Under the pieces are notes generated by a model. The model made no database searches. It was not told where the DNA came from and saw only the letters and a list, made by a program, of their open reading frames with translations. Both the position numbers and the translations under genes were made by a program. A stretch of 64,000 bases of DNA from assembly GCA_019751815.1 (NCBI GenBank), contig JAIEMW010000001.1, positions 65,564 through 129,563 on the forward strand, in the 5' to 3' direction. Below are positions 9,106-21,029 of this stretch, one piece after another; positions within the stretch are counted from its first letter, which is position 1, and every line of letters begins with the position of its first letter. This DNA is from Cyanobacteriota bacterium. GTDB lineage: Bacteria > Cyanobacteriota > Vampirovibrionia > Vampirovibrionales > Vampirovibrionaceae.

Positions 9106-10222
9106 AGACTGCCTCCTCTTTAAATTCAAATAATGTTTTAAAATTGGGGTGTAAATCATTGAACGAATCTGGTTGGGTAAGCCACTGTGAGAGCATTTTT
9201 ACCAGTGCGGGTGTCACTAAAAATCCGTGACGGTAGAGACCATTCACACGAATTATGTTCCCCTGAATTTGTATTTTAGGAAGATGATCTTTCAGTGCAG
9301 GGCGGCAATGAGTCTGCATTTCCAGAATGCTCGCTTCTGCAAAACCAGAATGCAGTGAATAGGCAGCTGATAATAATTCAATTGCTGATCGAACGGTAAC
9401 CGGGCTGTTATCTTCACTCTCAATGCTCGTGGCACCAATCAGATAATGATGATTTTCTCGCGGTGCAATATAGAGTGGGTAACGAGGATGCATCAGTCGA
9501 ATCGGACGAGTTAAATGAACCTCGGGTGCAAATACGCGAATAATCTCCCCGCGAACCCCGCGAAGTTCTGGCCAGTCTGGTTTTGCTCCCAGCCCGCGAC
9601 AGTCAATCACCCAATCAAAGTGGGTACCGTTAATGGTCGAACTATCAATATAATTAATCACGGTATCGGTTTGCCAGGCGATATTTTTTTTCAAAATGTC
9701 TTCTGCGAGTCCTTGTAATAATTGTCGGTTATCAATTTGACCTTCTTCTTCAATCAAAATACCGCGGTGAAAACTTCCCCAAAGCTCAGGTTCTAGGGAC
9801 TCAATCTCCTTAGCAAGCAATTGCCATTGAATCGATAGCGATTTTGTTTTGGTCAGCTCTGGAAAATACTGTTGTATTTTTGCCTGCAATAGACCTGTGA
9901 ATTGCGCCAATTCAGTATAATCTTGCCGGTGTGACACAATCAGTGTGCCCGCTTTTTGAAAAAAAATCGGAGAGGTAAGTTGTTGAAGAATTTGTGGCCA
10001 CAGCATGAGTGACGTTATCCCGAGTTGGGTGATTAGGGGCTCTGCGGTAGCAAGCTCAGACCATGGGGACAGCATACCTGCCCCCACAAAGCTACAGGAT
10101 TGAGAACCTTTTTGATCGTCTTGATCGAAGAGGCAAATATCCCAGCAGTCAGTCTGGTAAAGTTCCAGTGCAAGTAAACGGCCAACCAGACCGGCACCGA
10201 CGATAGCGACTGTTTGCTTCAT
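9089..10222 (-). CDS. thiO: glycine oxidase
   Basis: GAGLVG FAD motif, GAGMLSP, RGVRGE, NGLYRHGFL; inside the thi operon. Confidence 0.92.
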   Translation of the reverse strand: MKQTVAIVGAGLVGRLLALELYQTDCWDICLFDQDDQKGSQSCSFVGAGMLSPWSELATAEPLITQLGITSLMLWPQILQQLTSPIFFQKAGTLIVSHRQDYTELAQFTGLLQAKIQQYFPELTKTKSLSIQWQLLAKEIESLEPELWGSFHRGILIEEEGQIDNRQLLQGLAEDILKKNIAWQTDTVINYIDSSTINGTHFDWVIDCRGLGAKPDWPELRGVRGEIIRVFAPEVHLTRPIRLMHPRYPLYIAPRENHHYLIGATSIESEDNSPVTVRSAIELLSAAYSLHSGFAEASILEMQTHCRPALKDHLPKIQIQGNIIRVNGLYRHGFLVTPALVKMLSQWLTQPDSFNDLHPNFKTLFEFKEEAVYAGRR

Positions 10223-10249
10223 TTTTCAAGTCCTGTATTTTCAAGTCCC

Positions 10250-12099
<1,850 letters not shown>

Positions 12100-12128
12100 A
12101 AAGAATCAATTTGCAAAAAAGTGCATTT

Positions 12129-12224
12129 ATCTGATTCCCTCCGCTGGCATGATCCAGTTCAGGTTCAACGGGTCTTACTGTCATATCAGTAATCTCAGTC
12201 GGTTTAACCGACACCCCGACAGGT
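12129..12224 (-). ncRNA. TPP riboswitch
   Basis: Minus strand GGGGTG-[GTCGG..CCGAC]-TGAGA-[TTACTG..CAGTAA]-GACCCGTTGAACCTGAACTGGATCATGCCAGCGGAGGGAA, directly upstream of thiC. Confidence 0.96.
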
Positions 12225-12295
12225 TTCTATGCGTGCATCATAGCACGTAGGGCTTTGGTTTCTTCTACGAGATATCGCAATAAGGAAATAACACT

Positions 12296-14575
12296 TTACG
12301 GATTATCGAGTTGGTCAAATGGCACTGTGCCCCCAACCAATTGCTTTAGGTGTTCTGTTCTTTCCGTCAACTCGTAGATTTCACCGTAAGGCACGCTCGG
12401 TTTACTGTCACGGTAGCCTACGACTTCGTTGATCTCCTTATCACCGTCATATTGAAAGGTTCCAGAAAGACAGCGTCCAGCCTGGCTCATTTTGAAGCTA
12501 AAGTGTCCTGGGTGGAAATCCCCTGTATCGTCGGCAAAAATGCCTGAAAATGTATCTCCATTACCAGACCCTTTAAAGTAGCTTGATGCACTAGAGGGGC
12601 CTTCAAATATGCCAGGTGATACTTGAATCAATCGCATGAGTCCGTTTGTGGTTCTCCAGTAACCGGCAAAGCCATTACCCATAATTGCATTTTCAGAACC
12701 AGATATGCCGCAATCGGCTGGCGGTAAATTAGGTGGATTGCTAATGGTGGAACTGACTTGGTTTTCTTGAGTGGGTGTCGTCTCCACAGAGGGCGAAAGA
12801 GGATTTGCATTTCCATTTGCATTTGTATTTGGCACTGCCCTGTTTGAAGTAACCTCGTTAACATGGAGTGGCAAAGCGCTGATTTGTTGTTTTGTGATTG
12901 GGTCGTACACACGCACTTGATAATCACCCGCGATGAGAGGTGAGATTAAATTCACGCTGGTTCCCTGGCGAAAAATTAAATGGGGTATTCTTTGGGCGGC
13001 AAAGGGTTCCATTTGATAATAATTGCCTCCAGGGGCTCCTGTGCCCACTAATGCCACAGGATAGGTTTGTGCCGGGTTTAATCCTGCTTGATAGGGTGTA
13101 TATTTTAAGGTGTAGGGCATATTGGGGTTTAGATTCGTAGGGTTCAGTTTCCAAGAAATCGTTTCTCTATTGTTTTGAAATGGAGTTTCATGTGATGTTG
13201 TTGCCAGGCTACTACTGACAGTGAAGGGAAGTGCAGCTTCTTCTTGACTAGCGTATCTGTAAACACGCACTTCAAATTCTCCTGTTTGAGTCGGTGCTTG
13301 AAGTGCATGAGAACTTTCTCCGACACCATAGTTAGCTAATTTAAGTGCATTACTGGTAGCAGCTGTCCAGTTATTATGGGCAGTTCGGCTCGGTACGAGG
13401 ATTAATGCCCGAGAGCTAGAGGAGAGAATAGGACCTAACACTTGAAAGGACTGGCCAGGTTTGAGTTTAGAAGAACTTATTTTCCACATGGATTTGACGG
13501 CAGTGCTATCAGATACAGAGATTAATTTAGTGGTGTCTGTTTTAAGAGAAACCAGTACGTCCTCTGCTTGAGGACCAAAGATTCGTCTAACTTTACTTTC
13601 GATTTCCAGCCATTGACGGCCTGTTTCTCTTTCAGCTAGAGAACGTGCAAATTCATAGAGCGTTTTCTGACTGCTAAGATGAGCCTGGGATCCCATGGGC
13701 GTGCTCCAGTCATCCTTATTTAGATAGTAATGCAGCTCTGCTTTATCACTGGTGGCATTGGCAATCGCATCCTCAAAAGACTTGTACTCTTTAGGATCTA
13801 AGTTGGTGATAGTAGAGCAGTTCATAAATGAGCAATAATCATTCGGATGCCTGAAAGGTACATTCTTAAATTCAGGTTTACTTTTTAGCCCCTGGATACA
13901 AGTATCAATATGACTGAATTTTTCCCAGTCAGTGATAGAGGCCCAATAAAAATACCCCGTTTTAAGTCCCTCTGGACGCTTTGTCCAATCCATAGGTAAA
14001 ATGTCGGTTAATTGAGTTATCGATGGGTTTTTCCGAATCGATAATTCAATATAGTTTGAGTGAGAATAAAAATCTTGCATGGCATGGAGTACTTGCCCAA
14101 ACAGGGTATAAAATTCATTTCGTTTGACGGCATCCATGGCGACAAAGGGTAGCAAAGTATCGATTTTTGCTTTTCGTTGCTCGACCAACACGATACTTTC
14201 CAGGATTTTATTATCGTCAAAATGATTTTCAGCTGTCAAAAATGCTTGTGAAGTAGGTATATCCTGGCCTGCCATTGCCCAAATGATTTTTTGGTAGGTG
14301 GCTTCATTCAATCCATGATTTTGTTTTAATACGGCAGTAATCCAATCGTGAACTGGGGCCAATAGATACCCAGGACCTTCTTGATGGGTGGTATATTGAG
14401 ATGATAATCGTGCGTTCCACGTGCCAAAAGCTTTAGCTGGTGAAAAAAACATACTGAAAGCCATCAGACCAGTGAGAAGGCAGCATAAATAGAAATGATA
14501 AGCACATCCGGCTAGTTGCACTCTTTGAAACATTGCGTGTATAAAAACGTACTGTTTAAAGCCCTGTTTATCCAT
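12296..14575 (-). CDS. secreted protein with HET-C/VWA7-like N-terminal domain, two Ig-like repeats and a C-terminal beta-barrel-like domain
   Basis: Signal peptide ending AKA-F; ENHFDDN, FGQVLHAMQDFYSHSNYIEL and LNKDD motifs; repeated P..GE/DF/Y.VRVY; GGGGAG RBS before ATG 14575. Confidence 0.7.
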   Translation of the reverse strand: MDKQGFKQYVFIHAMFQRVQLAGCAYHFYLCCLLTGLMAFSMFFSPAKAFGTWNARLSSQYTTHQEGPGYLLAPVHDWITAVLKQNHGLNEATYQKIIWAMAGQDIPTSQAFLTAENHFDDNKILESIVLVEQRKAKIDTLLPFVAMDAVKRNEFYTLFGQVLHAMQDFYSHSNYIELSIRKNPSITQLTDILPMDWTKRPEGLKTGYFYWASITDWEKFSHIDTCIQGLKSKPEFKNVPFRHPNDYCSFMNCSTITNLDPKEYKSFEDAIANATSDKAELHYYLNKDDWSTPMGSQAHLSSQKTLYEFARSLAERETGRQWLEIESKVRRIFGPQAEDVLVSLKTDTTKLISVSDSTAVKSMWKISSSKLKPGQSFQVLGPILSSSSRALILVPSRTAHNNWTAATSNALKLANYGVGESSHALQAPTQTGEFEVRVYRYASQEEAALPFTVSSSLATTSHETPFQNNRETISWKLNPTNLNPNMPYTLKYTPYQAGLNPAQTYPVALVGTGAPGGNYYQMEPFAAQRIPHLIFRQGTSVNLISPLIAGDYQVRVYDPITKQQISALPLHVNEVTSNRAVPNTNANGNANPLSPSVETTPTQENQVSSTISNPPNLPPADCGISGSENAIMGNGFAGYWRTTNGLMRLIQVSPGIFEGPSSASSYFKGSGNGDTFSGIFADDTGDFHPGHFSFKMSQAGRCLSGTFQYDGDKEINEVVGYRDSKPSVPYGEIYELTERTEHLKQLVGGTVPFDQLDNP

Positions 14576-14832
14576 TAAAACGGTCTCCCCTAATAGCAAT
14601 TATTTGAAATATGTTACCCGAAAATCTTGTGTTTAACCAGCGACTGCCTGAAACGCGCAGTACAGAATGAGATAAATTCAGATTGTCTATAAAATCTGAA
14701 GATGTTTTCCCACTTCTCAACCTAACCGTTCTACTAGTATCTAAAGTAGTCTAACTGTAGTAGGCTGGTCCTGGATTGTTGATAGTACCGAGGTTTTGAT
14801 TAAATTACAGAGGCAATAAACAGGAGCTTGAG

Positions 14833-15768
14833 ATGAATTCTTCACTGCCAGTAACACAAGACCGGCTTTTTATACAAGAAGCCTTTGGACCAGACTCCTG
14901 TACGTTTGGTGTCAAAAATCACCTAGTTGATGAGCAAACCCCCTTTCAACATGTCCAAATTGTGGATACAGAGTCTTACGGCTTAATGCTGATCTTAGAC
15001 GGGGCTGTTCAATCGGCTGAATGGGATGAGTATATTTATCATGAGGCTCTTCTCCAACCGGCACTAGTGGCTCATCCAAATCCTCAATCTGTATTGATAC
15101 TCGGTGGAGGTGAAGGGGCCTCTGCCCGAGAAGCTTTAAGACACCGCAGTGTTCTTAAAGTTGATATGGTGGATATTGACCCTGATCTCATTGATTTGTG
15201 CCAAAAACATCTCCCCACATGGTCAGCTGGTGCCTTTTCTGATACCCGTCTGCAAACATATTTTATGGATGCTGAACGGTTTGTCAAAGAGACGCAGGAA
15301 CGGTACGACGTGATCGTGATGGATCTGATCGATGAGTTTGGTAGTAACGAACAACATGCCATTGTGGAAGGCCTCTATAGCAAAGCATTTTTCCAAGAAC
15401 TCAAAACAAAACTGAATCCCGGTGGATTTCTGGTGGTTCAAGCCTCCGAATTTAATGCGGGTGAATTCGAGTCATTTGCCAGCGTTTTTCGAGAAATTTC
15501 ATCGGTGTTTCAATATACAGAACCCTATGCCTGTTTTGTCCCCTCGTTTATTTCAGATTGGGGATTTATTCTTTGCCATGATAATAACCAGCCTGTTACG
15601 GGATTGGCACCGGATTGGATTGACAACCAGTTGCAAATGCGTTTTGAGCCCGCTGAACTCGAACAAGCGTTTGAATTTTACGACGGTCTGACCCATCAAA
15701 AAATCTTCACACTCTCCAAAGATATTCGCACACTCATTGCGCACGATTTTGTAGAAGCACCTGACTAG
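14833..15768 (+). CDS. speE: polyamine aminopropyltransferase (spermidine/thermospermine synthase family)
   Basis: TPFQHVQIVDT, LDGAVQSAEWDEYIYHE, ILGGGEG, VDID, YDVIVMD. Confidence 0.9.
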   Translation: MNSSLPVTQDRLFIQEAFGPDSCTFGVKNHLVDEQTPFQHVQIVDTESYGLMLILDGAVQSAEWDEYIYHEALLQPALVAHPNPQSVLILGGGEGASAREALRHRSVLKVDMVDIDPDLIDLCQKHLPTWSAGAFSDTRLQTYFMDAERFVKETQERYDVIVMDLIDEFGSNEQHAIVEGLYSKAFFQELKTKLNPGGFLVVQASEFNAGEFESFASVFREISSVFQYTEPYACFVPSFISDWGFILCHDNNQPVTGLAPDWIDNQLQMRFEPAELEQAFEFYDGLTHQKIFTLSKDIRTLIAHDFVEAPD

Positions 15769-15784
15769 GGAATGGTATAAACGG

Positions 15785-16582
15785 ATGGCATCGTCAGTCA
15801 CTCTTCACGGTAATGAACTAGAACGAATCACTGCTGCCAAGCAATGGCCGAGTTACGCGGAGAATCAAGAAGTGTTTTCGCTGCTAGATGTCTCTTTGAT
15901 GGGGACAGAAGAAGCGCCCCTGTTTTTTGGTTTAAGTGAAAGTATTGAAGAGTGCATGACCCATCCTGTGTTGACCAGAATGGTCCAAGAGGGCTTTCGG
16001 GTGACGCTAAGGCAAGGTATATTATATTGGCACGATGGTTTGGGATTGGTTGTCTGTCAGCATAAATCACCAGATAATATTGCCAATAACCGGGTTATTT
16101 CTCAGGCGAAAGAGCTGCTTCTTGTGGCAAAAACACTTTGGCTTTTCCAGCGACTCTTACGTTTGGTCAATCAAGCATTGAACTTAATCGAAGATGAGAT
16201 GAAACAGGTGATGGTTTTTGAGAAAAATGGGGTTAAACCAGCTGCCTTAAAAGAATTACCAAGAATCTCTTCTCAACTGTTTAACTTAAGACAATTAGAC
16301 ACATTGTTGGTGAATCCAGAATTAAATGGCGCCAGCTTGACAGCCGAACATACAGAGATGCGGTTACTATATCACCGTTTATACAACGATGAGCTGGATC
16401 TCGAAGACTATGCAGAAAAGGTCTTCGACCGTTTGGATATGTTCTATGACGTGTTTGAAGAATGGCAAGAAAAACTGATTGAGTTTCGCTCATTTTATTA
16501 CGAAGCAATATTAGAAATCATCATTATTGTTCTTATTATTGCCCAACCCTTTTTATCACAGGCGCTTAATCTGGGCTGGTAG
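15785..16582 (+). CDS. hypothetical protein with C-terminal TM helix, RMD1/DUF155-like
   Basis: Helical body, LY.RL...LDLED..E.V.DRLD, C-terminal LEIIIIVLII helix as in RMD1/YagE proteins. Confidence 0.5.
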   Translation: MASSVTLHGNELERITAAKQWPSYAENQEVFSLLDVSLMGTEEAPLFFGLSESIEECMTHPVLTRMVQEGFRVTLRQGILYWHDGLGLVVCQHKSPDNIANNRVISQAKELLLVAKTLWLFQRLLRLVNQALNLIEDEMKQVMVFEKNGVKPAALKELPRISSQLFNLRQLDTLLVNPELNGASLTAEHTEMRLLYHRLYNDELDLEDYAEKVFDRLDMFYDVFEEWQEKLIEFRSFYYEAILEIIIIVLIIAQPFLSQALNLGW

Positions 16583-16597
16583 CGTTATTTCCTACCG

Positions 16598-17872
16598 CTA
16601 GAGTTGGCCCGCATTTTGCTGTTTCATAAATTCGCCTCGTAGTGATAGTGTTCCGTTTACCAAGATGCGATCATTGGCAGACAAGCCTTCTGAAACCTCT
16701 GTGTAGCCGTTGCTACGCAACCCTTCTTTGATTTTTCTTTCTTCATACGTATGTGGTTTTGTCAAAACATAAACAAAACTTGCATCGCCAGATTTTTGAA
16801 TGGCTGTGGTTGGTATGGCGAGCACTTTTCGCTGCCCGGTTTTGATTTGAAGCCTGGCAAACATATTGGGTTTAAGCGTATGATCTTTATTATCCGCTAA
16901 TACACGTACCTGTAGCGTGCGAGTTTGCGCATCCAGAATGGCATCCATGGTGCTGACATGTCCTTCAAAGACTTTACCCTCAATCCCATCAAAAGTGATG
17001 TGAACTGGTTGGCCAATTTTGATACTTTCAACAAACTTTTCGTAAACCTCTCCCACCAGCCATACCTTGTCCAAATCTGCCACCACAAACAATTCTTTGT
17101 CAGGAAGGGCAATTTCTCCAACGTTAATATCGCGCTTAATCACAATCCCACTTTTAGGCGCGTAGAGATTGATAAAGGGGAGAATTCTTTGGGTGGCTAA
17201 AACTTGATTGACTGTGGATGTGGGGACATTGTACAGCATGAGGCGAGATGTCATATTGGCAATGGCGTGTCGCTTTTTTTCTGCCAGCGCATGAACGGTG
17301 ATCTGATCCTTTTGATACTGCGCACGAGCCGTTTCAAAATCAACACGAGGGGAGACTCTCTGCTCATACAAAATGCGTTCGCGATCATAATTGGCTTTGG
17401 AAAGTACGGTTTGAGCTTCTGCCTGTCTGAGGTCTGCTGTATTTTGAGCCAAATCTTGTAGCAACTGAACTTGCAGCTGTCCCACATCATCGGACTTAAG
17501 ACGACCTAGAAGTGTCCCTTTTGAGACCTGTTGATTCAGTTGAACCGGAACGGCGATCATAGGGCCAGTTACAGGACTGAAGACGTGGGCGACATTATCT
17601 ACCGTGGCCTGAACTTGGCCTGTGGTTTCTACAACCTCATCCAGTTCTTGTTGAATAATTTGTTTCGTTGTTAAGGAGAATTTAGCTTCTTGTGCAGCAG
17701 ATAATGTAATACTGGGGGCAGGACGCTGTGTTAAATGCGATTCTGAAGGAACTACGGGAATGCTTGGGTGTTTTTCACACGCTGATAAATAGAGTGAAGA
17801 GATGAGAATGATGCTGAGTGGTTTTAAGAAAGACAGATAATCATTTGGCTTCAATTTTTTTTGGTTCTTCAT
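16598..17872 (-). CDS. RND efflux periplasmic adaptor (CzcB/CusB-like lipoprotein)
   Basis: LSAC lipobox, lipoyl/hairpin arrangement, ADLDKVW, TRTLQVR, LKPNMFA. Confidence 0.92.
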   Translation of the reverse strand: MKNQKKLKPNDYLSFLKPLSIILISSLYLSACEKHPSIPVVPSESHLTQRPAPSITLSAAQEAKFSLTTKQIIQQELDEVVETTGQVQATVDNVAHVFSPVTGPMIAVPVQLNQQVSKGTLLGRLKSDDVGQLQVQLLQDLAQNTADLRQAEAQTVLSKANYDRERILYEQRVSPRVDFETARAQYQKDQITVHALAEKKRHAIANMTSRLMLYNVPTSTVNQVLATQRILPFINLYAPKSGIVIKRDINVGEIALPDKELFVVADLDKVWLVGEVYEKFVESIKIGQPVHITFDGIEGKVFEGHVSTMDAILDAQTRTLQVRVLADNKDHTLKPNMFARLQIKTGQRKVLAIPTTAIQKSGDASFVYVLTKPHTYEERKIKEGLRSNGYTEVSEGLSANDRILVNGTLSLRGEFMKQQNAGQL

Positions 17873-17876
17873 AGTG

Positions 17877-20800
17877 TCAGGCTCTTTTCTCTAATAGTTT
17901 TTTCAAGTCTCGTATTTTTTTAAAAGAGAGTTCTCTGAATCGAACTTTATTACGCAGTACAAAAAGCACGGGAAGTACCAGTGGCGTTAATAAAGTAGAA
18001 CTGAATAAACCTCCAATAATGGCAATAGCAAAGGGTTTTTGGCTTTGAGAGCCAATGCCATTAGAAAGTGCTGCGGGAATTAATCCCAAAATGGCCAGTG
18101 AACCAACCATTAAGACGGGCGATAACTTGGTCATAGCGGCTTTTATCGCAATCCGTGTTGTGTTTGAGTAGAAGCGTCTTAGAGATTTCATATAGGCAAG
18201 CAGTACAACCCCGTTTTGAACCGAAACGCCCATTGCTGCAATTAAAGCCACGCCAGCAGAAGCAGAAAAATAGGTGTGTGTTAATGCCAAAGCACTGACA
18301 CCCCCAATTAACGTTAACGGGATGGGCACCATCCCGAGAATGGCTTCAATTGGGTTTTTAAATAGAATAAATAACAGTAAAAAGATGCCAAACAAAGTGA
18401 CGGGAATCGCAAGTAACAGACCCCGGTTGGCTTCTTGTTGATTTTGATATTGACCGCTCCAGACGATACGGTAGCCTTCCGGTAAATGGAGATGCTGTTG
18501 GACTAATTTTTCTGCATCTTGTACCGTGCCTCCTAAATCGCGACCTCGAGCTGCTGCTTTGACTGTCACCACTCGAGAATTATCAGAGCGAGGAATAAAC
18601 GTAGCGCCCGTGGCTTGGACCAATTGCGCCACCTCAGAAAGGGGTACTTTAACTCCAGTTGGTGTTGCTATCATCATGCCTTCCAAAGAGGCTTGAGAGG
18701 CACGGTAGGGTTTTTGAAAACGTACCAACACGTCAAACCGCTTCTCACCTTCAAGCACTTGAGTCGCTATTTTCCCGCCAATCCCAGTCTCAATGACCCG
18801 GGTAATATCATTGACGTTAATCCCGTATCGATTGGCCTCAAGACGGTTAATTTGAATTTGATATTGCGGTTGGCCTTGGATGTAGTCAATGGAAATATCT
18901 TCTGCTCCTCTCACCTGGTGCATTAATTTTCCAACCTCTTTGGCGTATCGCTGGAGCACTTCGAGATCGGGGCCGTAAATTTTAGCTACAATGGGTGCTT
19001 TTGCCCCTGCTATTGCTTCATCTACGTTGTCTTGAATATATTGTGAAAACGTGGTGATAATTCCCGGAATCTGTTCTAAATCACGGTCCATTGCCGAAAC
19101 TAATTTTTGCTTGTTCTCTCCCCATTGGGCACGCCAAGTCTCTTGGGGGAATAAATCAACCAAAAATTCAATATTGCTAGGATTATTGGGGTCAGTTCCG
19201 TCATCTGGAGAGCCGACTTGAGAGAGCACGTTTTTAACCTCATCATATTTTGTCAGGATTGAACGAACTTCACGTGCAATTTTAACGGATTCTTCCAAAG
19301 AAACACTGGTCGGTAGAACTGTGACGCGAATCCAAATATTGCCCTCATCCAATGCGGGTAAGAACTCAGAACCGATATTGCCTAGCAGAATAACACTGCC
19401 AATACAGGCTACAACCGTACTCAGCAAGAAAGGAGCAGGATGTCTTAGCCAGTAAACTAACATAGGGTAGAAGCGATTCTGGGCAAATACCAAAACTGGA
19501 CTTTCCCGGTGCTTAATCGGCTTTTTGGCTAGAAAATACCAGCATAAAACAGGAATAATCGTCACACTCATCAATACAGCACCCATGAGAGCAAAGTTCA
19601 TTGTAAAAGCCAGTGGGTGAAACAAAATTCCGGCAACCCCTGAGAAACAAAAGATGGGTAGGAAAGCAACCACAATAATTAATCCTGAAAATATGATGGG
19701 ATTTCCCACCTCTTGTGCGGCTTGTGTAAGCAGGAAAAAGGAATCTTGGTGCGGGAAATTACTTCGCCTTTGGCTAAGGCGGTGGAAAATATGCTCCACC
19801 ATAATCACGGAACCGTCCACCAGAATCCCAAAATCAACCGCGCCTAAACTTAATAAGTTTGCCGGAATATGAAAAAAATCGAGCATTGTAAAGGCAAATA
19901 ACAGTGAAAAAGGAATGACTGTTGCGGCAATTAACGCTGAACGCACATTAAACATAAATAATAGGAGCACAATCACAACCAGTACAATCCCTTCGGCTAC
20001 GTTGTGGCTGATAGTATGCAGGGTGTTTCTGACCAAATCCAGACGGTCATATAACGGAACCATTTTGATGCCGTGTGGAAGTGTGCTTTGGATGCCTGGT
20101 AACTTCTCGTACAGTCGGTTTGTCACTTTAGAAACATCTTCCCCTCGGCGCATCAAAACAATGCCCTCAATCACATCATCATTGGTGGCATTTTTCCCAA
20201 CCTGACCTAGTCGAATCCCTGGCCCAATCGATACCTTGGCAACGTCTTTCACACAAATGGCAGTGCCAGAACCATCTGCTTGCACGACGATATTTTCCAA
20301 ATCGGACACATCTTTTAATAAGCCGATTCCTCGAACCACATAGGCCTGCCCGTTGTTTTCAATATAATTCCCACCAGTGGTTACATTGGCGCTATGAATG
20401 GCATCAAATACTTGCAGCACAGTTAAGTTATAGGCCTTGAGTCTGCCTGGATCGATAAAAACCTGATAGGTTTTGCGCGGGCCTCCAAAGCTGGTGACAT
20501 CGACAACGCCTGGAATTTGTCTAAAAGCCTTCTCTAGTTGCCAGTCTTGAATCGTTTTCATGCTCATGGACGAAAAGTAATCAGATTCCAGTGTGTAGCG
20601 AAAAATCTCTCCCACAGCAGAGGCATCAGGATCCAATGCGGGTTTTACGTCGTCGGGTAAATCAGCACTATTCATGCGTTCTAAGACCAGCTGTCGCGCC
20701 TGTTGGGTTTTGGTTCCCTGCTCAAACGTGACGTAAATAACCGATAACCCAAATAGAGATACTGAACGAACATTGGTTTCCCTTGGGAGTCCGCTCATTT

Positions 20801-21026
20801 CTTTTTCTAAGGGGATGGTCACCAGGCGTTCCACTTCTTCAGCCCCTTTTCCCGAAAAGGGAGTAATAATCCGAACCAAAGGATTGGTAAAATCTGGATA
20901 GGCTTCCATAGGGAGGTTTTGGAGTGACCATAAGCCAATTAGCATGGCAATAAAAGCCAGAAAAACAGCATAGCGGCGGTATTGCAGAGAGAATTTAATG
21001 AGAGAGTTAACGGATAAGTAGGTCAC
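17877..21026 (-). CDS. CzcA/CusA-family heavy-metal efflux RND transporter
   Basis: EAYPD, EEVERLVTIPLE, ANLLSLGAVDFGILVDGSVIMVE (HME signature), GSQSQKPFA; 1049 aa. Confidence 0.95.
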   Translation of the reverse strand: MTYLSVNSLIKFSLQYRRYAVFLAFIAMLIGLWSLQNLPMEAYPDFTNPLVRIITPFSGKGAEEVERLVTIPLEKEMSGLPRETNVRSVSLFGLSVIYVTFEQGTKTQQARQLVLERMNSADLPDDVKPALDPDASAVGEIFRYTLESDYFSSMSMKTIQDWQLEKAFRQIPGVVDVTSFGGPRKTYQVFIDPGRLKAYNLTVLQVFDAIHSANVTTGGNYIENNGQAYVVRGIGLLKDVSDLENIVVQADGSGTAICVKDVAKVSIGPGIRLGQVGKNATNDDVIEGIVLMRRGEDVSKVTNRLYEKLPGIQSTLPHGIKMVPLYDRLDLVRNTLHTISHNVAEGIVLVVIVLLLFMFNVRSALIAATVIPFSLLFAFTMLDFFHIPANLLSLGAVDFGILVDGSVIMVEHIFHRLSQRRSNFPHQDSFFLLTQAAQEVGNPIIFSGLIIVVAFLPIFCFSGVAGILFHPLAFTMNFALMGAVLMSVTIIPVLCWYFLAKKPIKHRESPVLVFAQNRFYPMLVYWLRHPAPFLLSTVVACIGSVILLGNIGSEFLPALDEGNIWIRVTVLPTSVSLEESVKIAREVRSILTKYDEVKNVLSQVGSPDDGTDPNNPSNIEFLVDLFPQETWRAQWGENKQKLVSAMDRDLEQIPGIITTFSQYIQDNVDEAIAGAKAPIVAKIYGPDLEVLQRYAKEVGKLMHQVRGAEDISIDYIQGQPQYQIQINRLEANRYGINVNDITRVIETGIGGKIATQVLEGEKRFDVLVRFQKPYRASQASLEGMMIATPTGVKVPLSEVAQLVQATGATFIPRSDNSRVVTVKAAARGRDLGGTVQDAEKLVQQHLHLPEGYRIVWSGQYQNQQEANRGLLLAIPVTLFGIFLLLFILFKNPIEAILGMVPIPLTLIGGVSALALTHTYFSASAGVALIAAMGVSVQNGVVLLAYMKSLRRFYSNTTRIAIKAAMTKLSPVLMVGSLAILGLIPAALSNGIGSQSQKPFAIAIIGGLFSSTLLTPLVLPVLFVLRNKVRFRELSFKKIRDLKKLLEKRA

Positions 21027-21029
21027 TCT

